Shown: piece after piece, positions 20,065-28,520 of the stretch
How positions within the stretch are numbered: the first letter of the stretch is position 1
Layout: every line of letters begins with the position of its first letter
From: Candidatus Saccharimonadota bacterium
Lineage (GTDB): Bacteria; Patescibacteriota; Saccharimonadia; CAILAD01; BJGX01
NCBI GenBank assembly: GCA_046350735.1
Contig: JAXLZU010000001.1
Location: 384,967 to 448,966, forward strand
Length of the DNA stretch: 64,000 nucleotides
Reading direction: 5' to 3'
The notes under the pieces: generated by a model
The model's input: only the letters and a program-made list of their open reading frames with translations
The model's database searches: none
Told to the model about the DNA's origin: nothing
Translations under genes and position numbers: made by a program

Positions 20065-20219
20065 AACAGGGTAGAAAGCCACCGAACACCGGGCTTTTTT
20101 AAATTACACGCAATTTCTTGATATAATAATAACCAATATGAATCTCATTAGAAGTTAAGGCAACTAAACTTTTACTGGGCATTAGAGTATAATTCGTTTA
20201 GAAAAGGACTTCTAACGGG

Positions 20220-20408
20220 ATGAAAAAGTTTACCGATTATTTAACTGCTTCTTGGGCAGAACTTCGTAAGGTGGTTTGGCCTAGTCGCAAGCAAGCTATT
20301 CAATTGACAGGTGCTGTTATTATTGGTGCTTTCTTAATTGGTATTTACCTTACACTATTTGGTTATCTATATCAGAGCATATTGCAGAAATTGTTATTTA
20401 AATCGTAA
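20220..20408 (+). CDS. secE: Preprotein translocase subunit SecE
   Basis: ELRKVVWPSR motif, single TM, upstream of nusG. Confidence 0.95.
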   Translation: MKKFTDYLTASWAELRKVVWPSRKQAIQLTGAVIIGAFLIGIYLTLFGYLYQSILQKLLFKS

Positions 20409-20426
20409 AGAGCAAGAAGGAACCCC

Positions 20427-20966
20427 ATGAAAAGTTCAAATAAGCAAGCGAATTGGTATGTTATTCACACCTATTCTGGCTACGAAGATCAGGTTGCTGA
20501 TCAGCTAAAACAGCGTATCGAGTCGATGGATATGCAAGATAAGATTTTTAGTATTACCGTACCCAAAGAAAAACAGATTGAGATAAAAAACGGTAAGCGA
20601 CGTACTGTAGAGCGCAAAATCTTCCCAGGGTATATATTAGTCGAGATGATAGTTACCGAAGATAGTTGGTTTGTTGTGCGTAACACTCCAAATGTAACCG
20701 GTTTTGTTGGTACTTCTACTACACCTTCTCCGCTCAGCGACGAAGAAGTAGTAGCTATCCAAAAACGTATGGGTGTTGAAGAGCCTAAGTTTAGCATCGA
20801 CTTTTCTATAGGCGAGCTCGTCAACATTACCGATGGACCGTTTAAGGGATTCGATGGTACTGTTAATGAGATTGATGAACAAAAGGGCAAGATAAAAGTA
20901 TTGGTGAGTATGTTTGGACGCGAAACTCCTGTAGAACTCGACTCGCTACAAGTTAACAAATTGTAA
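20427..20966 (+). CDS. nusG: Transcription termination/antitermination factor NusG
   Basis: WYVIHTYSGYE, FPGYILV, KOW motif DGPF, FGRETPVEL. Confidence 0.98.
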   Translation: MKSSNKQANWYVIHTYSGYEDQVADQLKQRIESMDMQDKIFSITVPKEKQIEIKNGKRRTVERKIFPGYILVEMIVTEDSWFVVRNTPNVTGFVGTSTTPSPLSDEEVVAIQKRMGVEEPKFSIDFSIGELVNITDGPFKGFDGTVNEIDEQKGKIKVLVSMFGRETPVELDSLQVNKL

Positions 20967-20975
20967 TAATAACAA

Positions 20976-21018
20976 GTGGGACCTGTCTAATGACGGGGCT
21001 AGTACCACAAAGGAGATA
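20976..21018 (+). promoter_or_regulatory. L1-binding-like leader upstream of rplK
   Basis: GTGGGA...TACCAC stem with inner hairpin directly before the AAGGAG SD. Confidence 0.65.
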
Positions 21019-21021
21019 ATT

Positions 21022-21456
21022 ATGGCAGAAGCAAAAAAAGCAATCGCGAAAGTTAAGATGGTGCTACCGGGTGGCGGTGCAACGCCTGCACCACCAGTTG
21101 GCTCTAATCTAGGTCAGCATGGAGTAAACATGATGGATTTTATCAATCCATTTAACGAGCAGACCCAAGATAGAAAAGGACAGCCCACCCCGGTAATGGT
21201 AACGATTTACGAAGACAAATCGATGACATTTGTTATTAAAGGTACACCAGCCAAAGTGCTTATTAAAGAAGCGCTAAAGCTAAAAAAAGGTTCTGGCGTG
21301 CCTAACAAAGATAAAGTAGGTAAACTAACCGACGCTCAGCTTACTCAAATTGCTGAAGCAAAAATGCCCGATCTTAATGCAAATGATATTGATGCTGCTA
21401 AGAAAATTATTGCTGGCACAGCCCGTGCAATGGGTGTTGAAGTAGAAAAAAAATAA
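21022..21456 (+). CDS. rplK: 50S ribosomal protein L11
   Basis: ATPAPPVG, IAEAKMPDLNA, IAGTARAMG. Confidence 0.98.
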   Translation: MAEAKKAIAKVKMVLPGGGATPAPPVGSNLGQHGVNMMDFINPFNEQTQDRKGQPTPVMVTIYEDKSMTFVIKGTPAKVLIKEALKLKKGSGVPNKDKVGKLTDAQLTQIAEAKMPDLNANDIDAAKKIIAGTARAMGVEVEKK

Positions 21457-21464
21457 CCTAACTA

Positions 21465-21507
21465 GTGGGAGTCTGTTATTGCGGACGATACTACCACAAA
21501 GGAGATA
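21465..21507 (+). promoter_or_regulatory. Second L1-binding-like leader upstream of rplA
   Basis: GTGGGAG...TACCAC then AAAGGAGATA, same architecture as the site before rplK. Confidence 0.65.
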
Positions 21508-21510
21508 CTA

Positions 21511-22467
21511 ATGGCAGAAGCAAAAAAAGCAAAAGCTAAGAAGCAAGAAGAAGTAACAGCTGAAGTTACAGAAGCTAAAAAGAAAACTACTACCAAATCT
21601 GCAGTAAAACCAACTGAAGTTATTGCCAAAGCTGGTAAGCGCAGCAAAAAAGTGCAAGAGGCCGAAGCTGAAAAGGTAGCCAAAGAAGCCAAGAAGGCAG
21701 AAGGTAAGGCCAAAGCAGCAACTGAAGCTGAAAAACCAAAGCCAGTACAGAAGCCACATGTAGTAAAATATAGTAAGAATCAAAAAGCAGCCCGTGCTTT
21801 ATTAGAAAAAGACAAGCTATATTTATTATCTGAAGCAGTAGATCTTTTACCTAAACTGTCTAAAGTAAAATTTGATGCTACTGCAGAACTACACGCTACA
21901 CTCAATATCGATCCCAAACAGGCTGACCAAATGGTACGTGCAGCCGCCGCCCTGCCAGCTGGTACAGGCAAAACTGTTCGAGTTGCAGTATTAGCAGGAG
22001 ACAAAGACGCAGCCGAGGCTAAAAAAGCTGGTGCCGACATTAGCGATGCCGCAGAGCTACTTAGCGCAATTAGTAAGGGTAAATTCGATTTTGATATTTT
22101 GGTGGCCACACCAGAAAAGATGCCAGAGCTTGGTCGTTATGCCAAGACACTCGGCCCTAAAGGCTTAATGCCTTCACCAAAGAGTAACACAGTTACCGCC
22201 AAGCCGGCCGAAGCCATTGCTGAGATCAAAAAAGGTCGAGTAGAGCTTAAAAATGATCCTTCAGGTATTGTTCATACTAGCTTTGGTAAGCTTAGCTTCT
22301 CTAGCAAAGACCTACTAGCCAACCTAAAATCGATTCTCTCGGCTCTACAAAATGCCCGACCAACCGGTGTAAAAGGTGTGTATATTAAATCTCTCTATAT
22401 ATCTTCGTCAATGAGCCCATCAATTAAACTAGACGTTACCGAAGCTATAAAAGAAGCCAAGAGCTAA
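21511..22467 (+). CDS. rplA: 50S ribosomal protein L1 with K/A/E-rich N-terminal extension
   Basis: KFDATAE, LPAGTGK, LGPKGLMPSPK, GIVHTSFGK; about 85 extra N-terminal residues. Confidence 0.97.
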   Translation: MAEAKKAKAKKQEEVTAEVTEAKKKTTTKSAVKPTEVIAKAGKRSKKVQEAEAEKVAKEAKKAEGKAKAATEAEKPKPVQKPHVVKYSKNQKAARALLEKDKLYLLSEAVDLLPKLSKVKFDATAELHATLNIDPKQADQMVRAAAALPAGTGKTVRVAVLAGDKDAAEAKKAGADISDAAELLSAISKGKFDFDILVATPEKMPELGRYAKTLGPKGLMPSPKSNTVTAKPAEAIAEIKKGRVELKNDPSGIVHTSFGKLSFSSKDLLANLKSILSALQNARPTGVKGVYIKSLYISSSMSPSIKLDVTEAIKEAKS

Positions 22468-22482
22468 GAAAATACTCCAGTT

Positions 22483-22521
22483 TAACTAAAAACAGCCCAA
22501 TAACCGGGCTGTTTTTAGTTA
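22483..22521. terminator. Intrinsic terminator after rplA
   Basis: TAACTAAAAACAGCCC-AATAACC-GGGCTGTTTTTAGTTA, a perfect 16-bp inverted repeat. Confidence 0.85.
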
Positions 22522-22587
22522 TGCTTGGTGGTTAATCGATTTGTTTGCTAAGCTAATAGAGACCTCGTACCTCTACAAGGAGCCAAT

Positions 22588-23205
22588 ATGGCTATAGAAG
22601 CTGGAATTTTCAGTAATGGTTCGTGTTTTGATGAAAGATACATCCCCGATTTTGCAGAGTTAGCAAGACTGGTTAATCATATGAAGGGTATTGGCCTTAA
22701 AATTGTACTTACCTCAGGGTCTTTTGATTTTTTCCATCTTGGACATGCTCTTTATCTCGAGAAGGCACGCGAAAAGGGCGATGTCTTGATTGTGGGAGTC
22801 GATAGCGATGCAAAAATTGCTCGCAAGAAGGGACCAAATAGGCCATTATATCCACAGCTAGAGCGCTTACAGATTTTGGTTCGCCAGCGATCGGTGGATA
22901 TTGTTACTCTCAAAGAAGATACCGAAGAAAAGTGGGTGCTAATTAAGGCACTGCGACCAGATGTTTTAATTGCAACCCAAGAAACGTATTCAGATGATGA
23001 GCTAGAGCAATTGAAAGAATTTTGTGGCTCGGTGACAGTTCTAGAGCCCCAAGCCCAAACGTCCACTAGCAAGCGCTTGCGCGATCTCAACCTGGAGTTG
23101 GCAAGTGACATTGGCGAGAGACTTGCTGATCGCATTCCTGGTTTGCTTCAAGAAGTGCTCGATGATGCGGTTGGTCGACATGACAAGCCTAAGGCTCAGC
23201 CATGA
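22588..23205 (+). CDS. HIGH-family cytidylyl/adenylyltransferase (RfaE domain II/TagD-like)
   Basis: TSGSFDFFHLGH, LIVGVDSD, KGPNRP, TSTS. Confidence 0.88.
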   Translation: MAIEAGIFSNGSCFDERYIPDFAELARLVNHMKGIGLKIVLTSGSFDFFHLGHALYLEKAREKGDVLIVGVDSDAKIARKKGPNRPLYPQLERLQILVRQRSVDIVTLKEDTEEKWVLIKALRPDVLIATQETYSDDELEQLKEFCGSVTVLEPQAQTSTSKRLRDLNLELASDIGERLADRIPGLLQEVLDDAVGRHDKPKAQP

Positions 23206-24041
23206 CAACGGCCCTTGTGCTTTATATGCCTGTTATCCATACGTCTTATTTAGAGTTAATTGATAGTCAACGCTGGGATGAGATATTTATTATGGATAAT
23301 AGATTGGCTGTAGAGCTTGTTAATAATCTTCGTAAAGATCTTCGTGCACTTAACGCAGAGACAGTAAGGTCGTTCTTGGTTCGCCGAGATGGTGCTCGAC
23401 CGGTTTTTGTAGTGTCTAGCAATACTATAATTTTCGATCAGGTAACCCAATTTGTACTGCCAGACGAAGACGTTAGTCGAGCCTTTGCTGATAAATATTT
23501 GCGAGGTAGTCAAATAGAGTTTAGAAATGTCTTTTTGCGTTATGATAAAAAGAGAACTACTGAGCTATTTCAACCTCAACCAGACGAAGTAGTTACATCT
23601 GAGCAACTTGCTCAGGTAATGATGGCACGTTGTGATGAGCTGGCGGCTAAGAGCCCCGACTGGTGGCGTCAAGTTGGCGGCCTTATTGTTAAAGACGGTG
23701 TGGTACTAGAAAAACTACAGATGTTTAATGAGGCAAAACCATTTGGTATGGCGCCATACGAGCTTGGCGATCCGCGTAGTAACTTTAGTAAGGGTGTAAA
23801 ACCAGAATTAAGCCTGGTATTGCATGTCGAGCAAGGCTTGGTTAGTCGGGCAGCGCGACTAGGTATTGCACTTGAGGGCGCAGATCTCTACGTAAGTACC
23901 TTTCCGTGTCCCTGGTGTGCAACGGCTCTGGCGTATAGTGGCATCAAGCGAGTTTTTTATCGAGATGGCTATGCCATGCTAGATGGTGAGGAAATACTTA
24001 GAAGCAACAATGTTGAGTTAATCCGTGTCGTAGATGTATAA
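23202..24041 (+). CDS. dCMP-deaminase-like zinc deaminase with an extra N-terminal domain
   Basis: S..WWRQVG, HVE and FPCPWC zinc motifs; about 125-aa additional N-terminal domain. Confidence 0.85.
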   Translation: MTTALVLYMPVIHTSYLELIDSQRWDEIFIMDNRLAVELVNNLRKDLRALNAETVRSFLVRRDGARPVFVVSSNTIIFDQVTQFVLPDEDVSRAFADKYLRGSQIEFRNVFLRYDKKRTTELFQPQPDEVVTSEQLAQVMMARCDELAAKSPDWWRQVGGLIVKDGVVLEKLQMFNEAKPFGMAPYELGDPRSNFSKGVKPELSLVLHVEQGLVSRAARLGIALEGADLYVSTFPCPWCATALAYSGIKRVFYRDGYAMLDGEEILRSNNVELIRVVDV

Positions 24042-24046
24042 AAATA

Positions 24047-24076
24047 CCCCGATCAATCGAATTGATCGGGGCTTTT
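24047..24076. terminator. Bidirectional hairpin between convergent genes
   Basis: CCCCGATCAAT-CGA-ATTGATCGGGG flanked by A and T runs. Confidence 0.7.
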
Positions 24077-25039
24077 GTTATCTTGAGGTACAGAACTCAT
24101 TTTAAATCGGACTGGTTGATGCTCTGGATTGTCCACATCACCAACTTTAATGTGTGCATGTAAGTGGGCAACACTTCCACCGGTACGGCTCATGTCACCA
24201 AATCGCATACCAAGAGCACCATATTCCAAACCAAATTTAGCTATCGCTGCATTTAATGCATTACCAAAGTCTTGCTGCTCTGCTAGAGTAAGTCTAGCAA
24301 AATGCTCAACATGTCGATTTGGAATAAGCAATATATCATGAACAGTACCTGTATAAGGATTGTCATTCTTGGTAATAACCCAATGGTCGGTTTCTAGAAC
24401 AATAGGATTATCGTGGTACCAGTCTAGCCACTCAGGACAGAATGGGCAGACACCATCATTAAGAATTTCTTCCATATAACCAGCCTGGTTGTCAAACCGA
24501 GCGGCCGGCAAGTACAGAAGTGGTCGAGTAAGAGAGCTACTATCCACAGGCGCATACTCCAACCAAACATATTCTAGACCTGTCTTTTCGTCAGTTTCAA
24601 TATCACCATATTCTACAACTTTCCATTTTTCTGGCGGGGTAAATGGAAAGAACGCATCACCATTTTCAATTACTGTATTTACTAGAGTTATATGGATCAT
24701 ATCTACCTTACCGCTATCTAGTGCGGCTTGATAGATTCTTTCACCACCAATAATGTCAATATCTTTATCTGGCCAGTCAGCAGCAACTTCTAGTGCTTTC
24801 TCGAAGCTATTAACAGTCCAGACATCTTCAGCAGAAGTAGCAAAAGTACTTGAGACCACAATATTTACTCTATTAGGTAGTGGCTTGCCGATGCTTTCAA
24901 AGGTTTTGCGACCCATAATTACCACATGCCCACTTGTAAGTTGCTTAAACCAACGGAGATCTTGTGGCAAATGCCACGGGATCTGACCGTCTTTACCAAT
25001 CACACGATTACGGCTACGAGCCGCAATTACGCGAATCAT
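24053..25039 (-). CDS. folA: Dihydrofolate reductase fused to a HIT-family hydrolase
   Basis: N-terminal VIGKDGQIPWHLPQDLRWFK, MGRKTFESI, LPNR, IGG; C-terminal CPFC, NPY, HLHAH histidine triad. Confidence 0.88.
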   Translation of the reverse strand: MIRVIAARSRNRVIGKDGQIPWHLPQDLRWFKQLTSGHVVIMGRKTFESIGKPLPNRVNIVVSSTFATSAEDVWTVNSFEKALEVAADWPDKDIDIIGGERIYQAALDSGKVDMIHITLVNTVIENGDAFFPFTPPEKWKVVEYGDIETDEKTGLEYVWLEYAPVDSSSLTRPLLYLPAARFDNQAGYMEEILNDGVCPFCPEWLDWYHDNPIVLETDHWVITKNDNPYTGTVHDILLIPNRHVEHFARLTLAEQQDFGNALNAAIAKFGLEYGALGMRFGDMSRTGGSVAHLHAHIKVGDVDNPEHQPVRFKMSSVPQDNKSPDQFD

Positions 25040-25995
25040 GGCAACACCGGAATTTCGCTAATCGGCTCGTGAGGATCATAGTTGGAAAGCATAAACAGCC
25101 CACCATGCAGTTTGTGAATCGCTTCGCTGTCATGTGGCACGGGCGGACTCCATTCGAAGACATCAGGGCCAAAGCGCATATTCGGTAAGCGTCGAGGCTC
25201 ACGTTCTAACATGCGCTCGACGTATTGCATTTGCCCCTCGTAGATATGCGCATCGACAATGTAGTGAATATACTCACCTGGCTCGTAGCCAGTAAGAGTA
25301 CAAAGTAATAGCATCAGCGCTGCATATTGTACTAAGTTGCTAGGCACACCAATCGGCACATCACCACTGCGTTGCTTCATATGTAGATTAAGCTTGCCAT
25401 TGAGAATTCGTACTTGCACCCAGCCATGGCACGGGGCAATAGTGGCTTTGTTAAGTCTACCAGAGTCACGAGCCAGCCCGGCACTGTGCCAAGGGCTAAC
25501 CACATGCGTACGATCATTAGGGAACTCAGTAATCTGTTGCACGAGATGTGCAAACTGATCATATGAGCTACCGTCGAAGTCTGGCCAATCATGAAACATC
25601 GGCCCATAACTTGCCGGGCCGATATCACCAGTAGGCAAGCCACGCTTGCTACACTTGGCCTCGGTACCCCAATCACTCCACCAATTAACCCCCCAGTATT
25701 CAAATGCTTCGATTGTATGTACACCATTTATCATGGCACCAAGCTCGTTAATGGCCTTGCGCCAGAATGCAATCTTTCGCTCGGTAATGAGTGGAAAACC
25801 ATCACGCAAAATATCAAAGCGCATTTGTACACCAAGCAGTGTTTTAGCACGCTCTCCCTGGCGGGTAACCTCGCTCCACTGACCTCGATCCATAATTGCT
25901 GCTAAGACATCTCTGTATTGTGTATTTGGTTCACGTTCTTCATAGGGCAAATAATCGAGCTTTAGGTATCCCATGCAAGAAACCCTTTCTGTCAA
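25036..25995 (-). CDS. thyA: Thymidylate synthase (divergent, CPR-type)
   Basis: FPLITER, APCH (catalytic Cys), QRSGD...N, DAHIY; stop overlaps the folA start. Confidence 0.88.
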   Translation of the reverse strand: MTERVSCMGYLKLDYLPYEEREPNTQYRDVLAAIMDRGQWSEVTRQGERAKTLLGVQMRFDILRDGFPLITERKIAFWRKAINELGAMINGVHTIEAFEYWGVNWWSDWGTEAKCSKRGLPTGDIGPASYGPMFHDWPDFDGSSYDQFAHLVQQITEFPNDRTHVVSPWHSAGLARDSGRLNKATIAPCHGWVQVRILNGKLNLHMKQRSGDVPIGVPSNLVQYAALMLLLCTLTGYEPGEYIHYIVDAHIYEGQMQYVERMLEREPRRLPNMRFGPDVFEWSPPVPHDSEAIHKLHGGLFMLSNYDPHEPISEIPVLP

Positions 25996-26090
25996 AGACC
26001 ACCTCTGTAGGTCTGCTCGATTGTACTATATAGACCACAAACCTGTAAAGTGATAGAATTGTGCCAGCACCTACTAAAATGTGAGGGAAC

Positions 26091-26573
26091 ATGACCGATA
26101 CTCAAATAGTTCCAGTGGTCTCGTGGGATGAAATTCAAAAATTCTTGCCAAGAATTCAAATGGGTGTAAGTAGTGAAGCAATAATGCCGGTTTTCGTACA
26201 AGATCTTACATTGTGCTTTGATCTAGATAGACAAGAATTTGTACTAAGTCGGGATAGGTTTGGTTATTTGCCGGCTGATGAAGTTCGTCGTAATGACATT
26301 CATCAGCTTGAAGTAGGATTAACAAAATTTCTGATTCAGTATTACCAAGGCGAGCTCGAAGCTGCTGTACGGGCTGCAACATATCAAATGTTTTTGCAGC
26401 TTTGTAAGCAGATTCCATACCCTCAAGGCTGCCAATGTGGAAATTATCCCCACGGCCAGGCACTCGACTGTCACGTGCATATGGATAATCCGTGCCACTT
26501 CTTTGACGACTTCAACTTCACCTGCACCTGCGACGAGCAGAAAGAGGCCAAAAATGCCGCACATTCATCCTGA
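26091..26573 (+). CDS. Hypothetical protein with Cys/His-rich C-terminus
   Basis: GAGGG SD; C-terminal CQC..H...C.VH....CH........CTC; overlaps the NUDIX gene. Confidence 0.65.
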   Translation: MTDTQIVPVVSWDEIQKFLPRIQMGVSSEAIMPVFVQDLTLCFDLDRQEFVLSRDRFGYLPADEVRRNDIHQLEVGLTKFLIQYYQGELEAAVRAATYQMFLQLCKQIPYPQGCQCGNYPHGQALDCHVHMDNPCHFFDDFNFTCTCDEQKEAKNAAHSS

Positions 26574-27051
26574 GCTTGATTTTTGCGCCGTAACTTACAT
26601 TGTGAATGATAACAAAGTGTTGCTATGTCATCACATCAAACTTGGGGTCTGGGTACCGCCAGGTGGGCATGTTGAACCTGGTGAAACCATTGATGCTGCC
26701 CGCGACCGAGAAAACTACGAAGAGACTGGGCTCGATGTCACCATCATCGGGCCAAAACCAGGCTTTGTAATTGCAGGTATGGAGCCGCTAGTGGCACCGC
26801 GTTACACTGATGTGCACCCAATTGCTTGCGAGTTTCCCAATCACCGCCACCAGGCATTTGTGTACTTTGGCACAGTCGATGTGCGTAACGAAGTTTTGCA
26901 AGAAGACGAGCACCATGAACTGCGCTGGTTTTCTATGCACGATCTCGAGCGCTATCATGACCCAGAAGCGCCGATTCCAGACAATGTTTCTTGGTATGCA
27001 AGCGTTGCCCTCGAAGAGCTGGGGTACCATGGGGCGATGAGGATTTTTTAG
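26554..27051 (+). CDS. NUDIX hydrolase
   Basis: WVPPGGHVEPGETIDAARDRENYEETG Nudix box; start MPHIH at 26554. Confidence 0.9.
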   Translation: MPHIHPELDFCAVTYIVNDNKVLLCHHIKLGVWVPPGGHVEPGETIDAARDRENYEETGLDVTIIGPKPGFVIAGMEPLVAPRYTDVHPIACEFPNHRHQAFVYFGTVDVRNEVLQEDEHHELRWFSMHDLERYHDPEAPIPDNVSWYASVALEELGYHGAMRIF

Positions 27052-27078
27052 CCAGATAGGCAACTATCTGGTTTTTTT
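27050..27078 (+). terminator. Intrinsic terminator after NUDIX gene
   Basis: CCAGATAG-GCAA-CTATCTGG followed by T7. Confidence 0.8.
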
Positions 27079-27091
27079 ATATAATAAAGCT

Positions 27092-28327
27092 ATGAATCAA
27101 ATTCAAAAACTTACGGACACCGAAAACGAGCGGCAAAAAAGTACTCTAAATTTAATTGCGTCAGAAAATTATCCGAGCCCCAAGGCTTTGACACTTCTTG
27201 GCTCTATTTGGAACGATAAGTATGCCGAGGGTTATCCTGGTAAACGCTATTACGCAGGCAATGTAAATGCCGACAGTCTCGAAGAATTTGTTCAGACTAA
27301 GGCACTAGAAGTGTTTGATGCCCGAGAAGATTATGGTGTAAATGTACAGGTACTGTCTGGTAGTCCGGCAAACGCAATGGTGTATTTTACAGTTTTGGAG
27401 CCTGGTGACACCATACTTAGTCTTAACCTCACTAGCGGTGGACATCTTAGTCATCTTCATACTACCAGTAGCTATATTAAGTTCTTTAAGCATGCTACAT
27501 ATAATTTGCGCGGTACTAAGTTGCATGAGGCCGAGTTTGAGCTAGCTTTAAGAGAGCACAAGCCACGTCTGGTGGTGATAGGATTTAGTAGTTATCCTGC
27601 TCAATACGAGTTTGCCCAGCTGTGTAAGTTGGCTCACGAATATGGCGCACTAGTATTAGCCGATATTAGTCATATAGCTGGACTGGTTGCAACAGGTAAT
27701 CATTCATCTCCCTTTGCACGCGGTGCCAGTGGGGCAGATTTTGTAACTACCACCACACACAAAACCTTGCGTGGTCCGCGCTCGGGTTTGCTTTTTGCTA
27801 GAAAAGAATATATGCCCGCTATAAATAAAACGGTCTTTCCTGGTACTAGCGGCGGCCCACATCTCAATCAAATAGCTGCAGTTGGCCAGAGTCTACTAGA
27901 AGTGCTTGGTGAGGATGCGTATCCAGACAAAATTTTGTTTGGTAAGTATATAGAAAACGTTGTAAAGAACGCCAAAGCCTTAGAGACTGGGCTAAAAAAA
28001 GCCGGGGTACATGTTAGTACACCAACTTCTACGCATTTAGTTTTGGCGAAATTGCCAGAAGAAGTAGACAGCCTAACTCTGCAAAACGATCTCGAAGAGG
28101 CTGGGATTATTACTAATCGCAATGCTATACCAGAAGATAGTAAATCTGTTTGGCGCCCGGGTGGTTTGCGTCTAGGGAGTGCCGCACTTACTTCTAGAGG
28201 AATGAAGGGCGAGAATTTTTTAACTCTTGGCGAGGCTATAGGTGGTTTAGTAATTGGCACACTAACCAAGACCGAGCTAAGTACTATTAGTAAGCAGCTA
28301 CAAAAAGAACTTCATTGGTACTATTAG
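27092..28327 (+). CDS. glyA: Serine hydroxymethyltransferase
   Basis: LIASEN, YAEGYPGKRYY, GGHLSH, TTTHKTLRGPR (PLP lysine). Confidence 0.96.
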   Translation: MNQIQKLTDTENERQKSTLNLIASENYPSPKALTLLGSIWNDKYAEGYPGKRYYAGNVNADSLEEFVQTKALEVFDAREDYGVNVQVLSGSPANAMVYFTVLEPGDTILSLNLTSGGHLSHLHTTSSYIKFFKHATYNLRGTKLHEAEFELALREHKPRLVVIGFSSYPAQYEFAQLCKLAHEYGALVLADISHIAGLVATGNHSSPFARGASGADFVTTTTHKTLRGPRSGLLFARKEYMPAINKTVFPGTSGGPHLNQIAAVGQSLLEVLGEDAYPDKILFGKYIENVVKNAKALETGLKKAGVHVSTPTSTHLVLAKLPEEVDSLTLQNDLEEAGIITNRNAIPEDSKSVWRPGGLRLGSAALTSRGMKGENFLTLGEAIGGLVIGTLTKTELSTISKQLQKELHWYY

Positions 28328-28405
28328 TATAATTAGTTGTATAAAGTCTAAAAACCTGATATAAATAAGATTGCACCTTAAGTAAGTCTCATGGAGGAGA
28401 ATGAC

Positions 28406-28483
28406 ATGTACTGGAGATACATGTGGAAAGAAATTATCTGTGATCTCTTTGCGGGTGAATGGAAATCGTTAATTTGCCGCTAA
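28406..28483 (+). CDS. Putative 25-aa peptide MYWRYMWKEIICDLFAGEWKSLICR
   Basis: Strong GGAGGAG SD upstream; too short for the ORF track. Confidence 0.4.
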   Translation: MYWRYMWKEIICDLFAGEWKSLICR

Positions 28484-28520
28484 TTTAGTTATAGAGTTGG
28501 CTAAATGAAGAGGGGGAGAA

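Noticed and set aside
20501-22109. Long antisense ORFs over nusG, rplK and rplA
   Set aside because: Shadow frames of highly biased genes; the same applies to most short antisense ORFs in the track
25036-25995. dCMP hydroxymethylase (phage-type DNA modification)
   Set aside because: The specificity residue is Asn rather than Asp, and DHFR is coupled, both fitting dUMP methylation; no phage genes nearby
26437-26553. Extended N-terminus of the NUDIX ORF
   Set aside because: Overlaps the upstream gene; an SD-like AGAGG and the ATG at 26554 fit better
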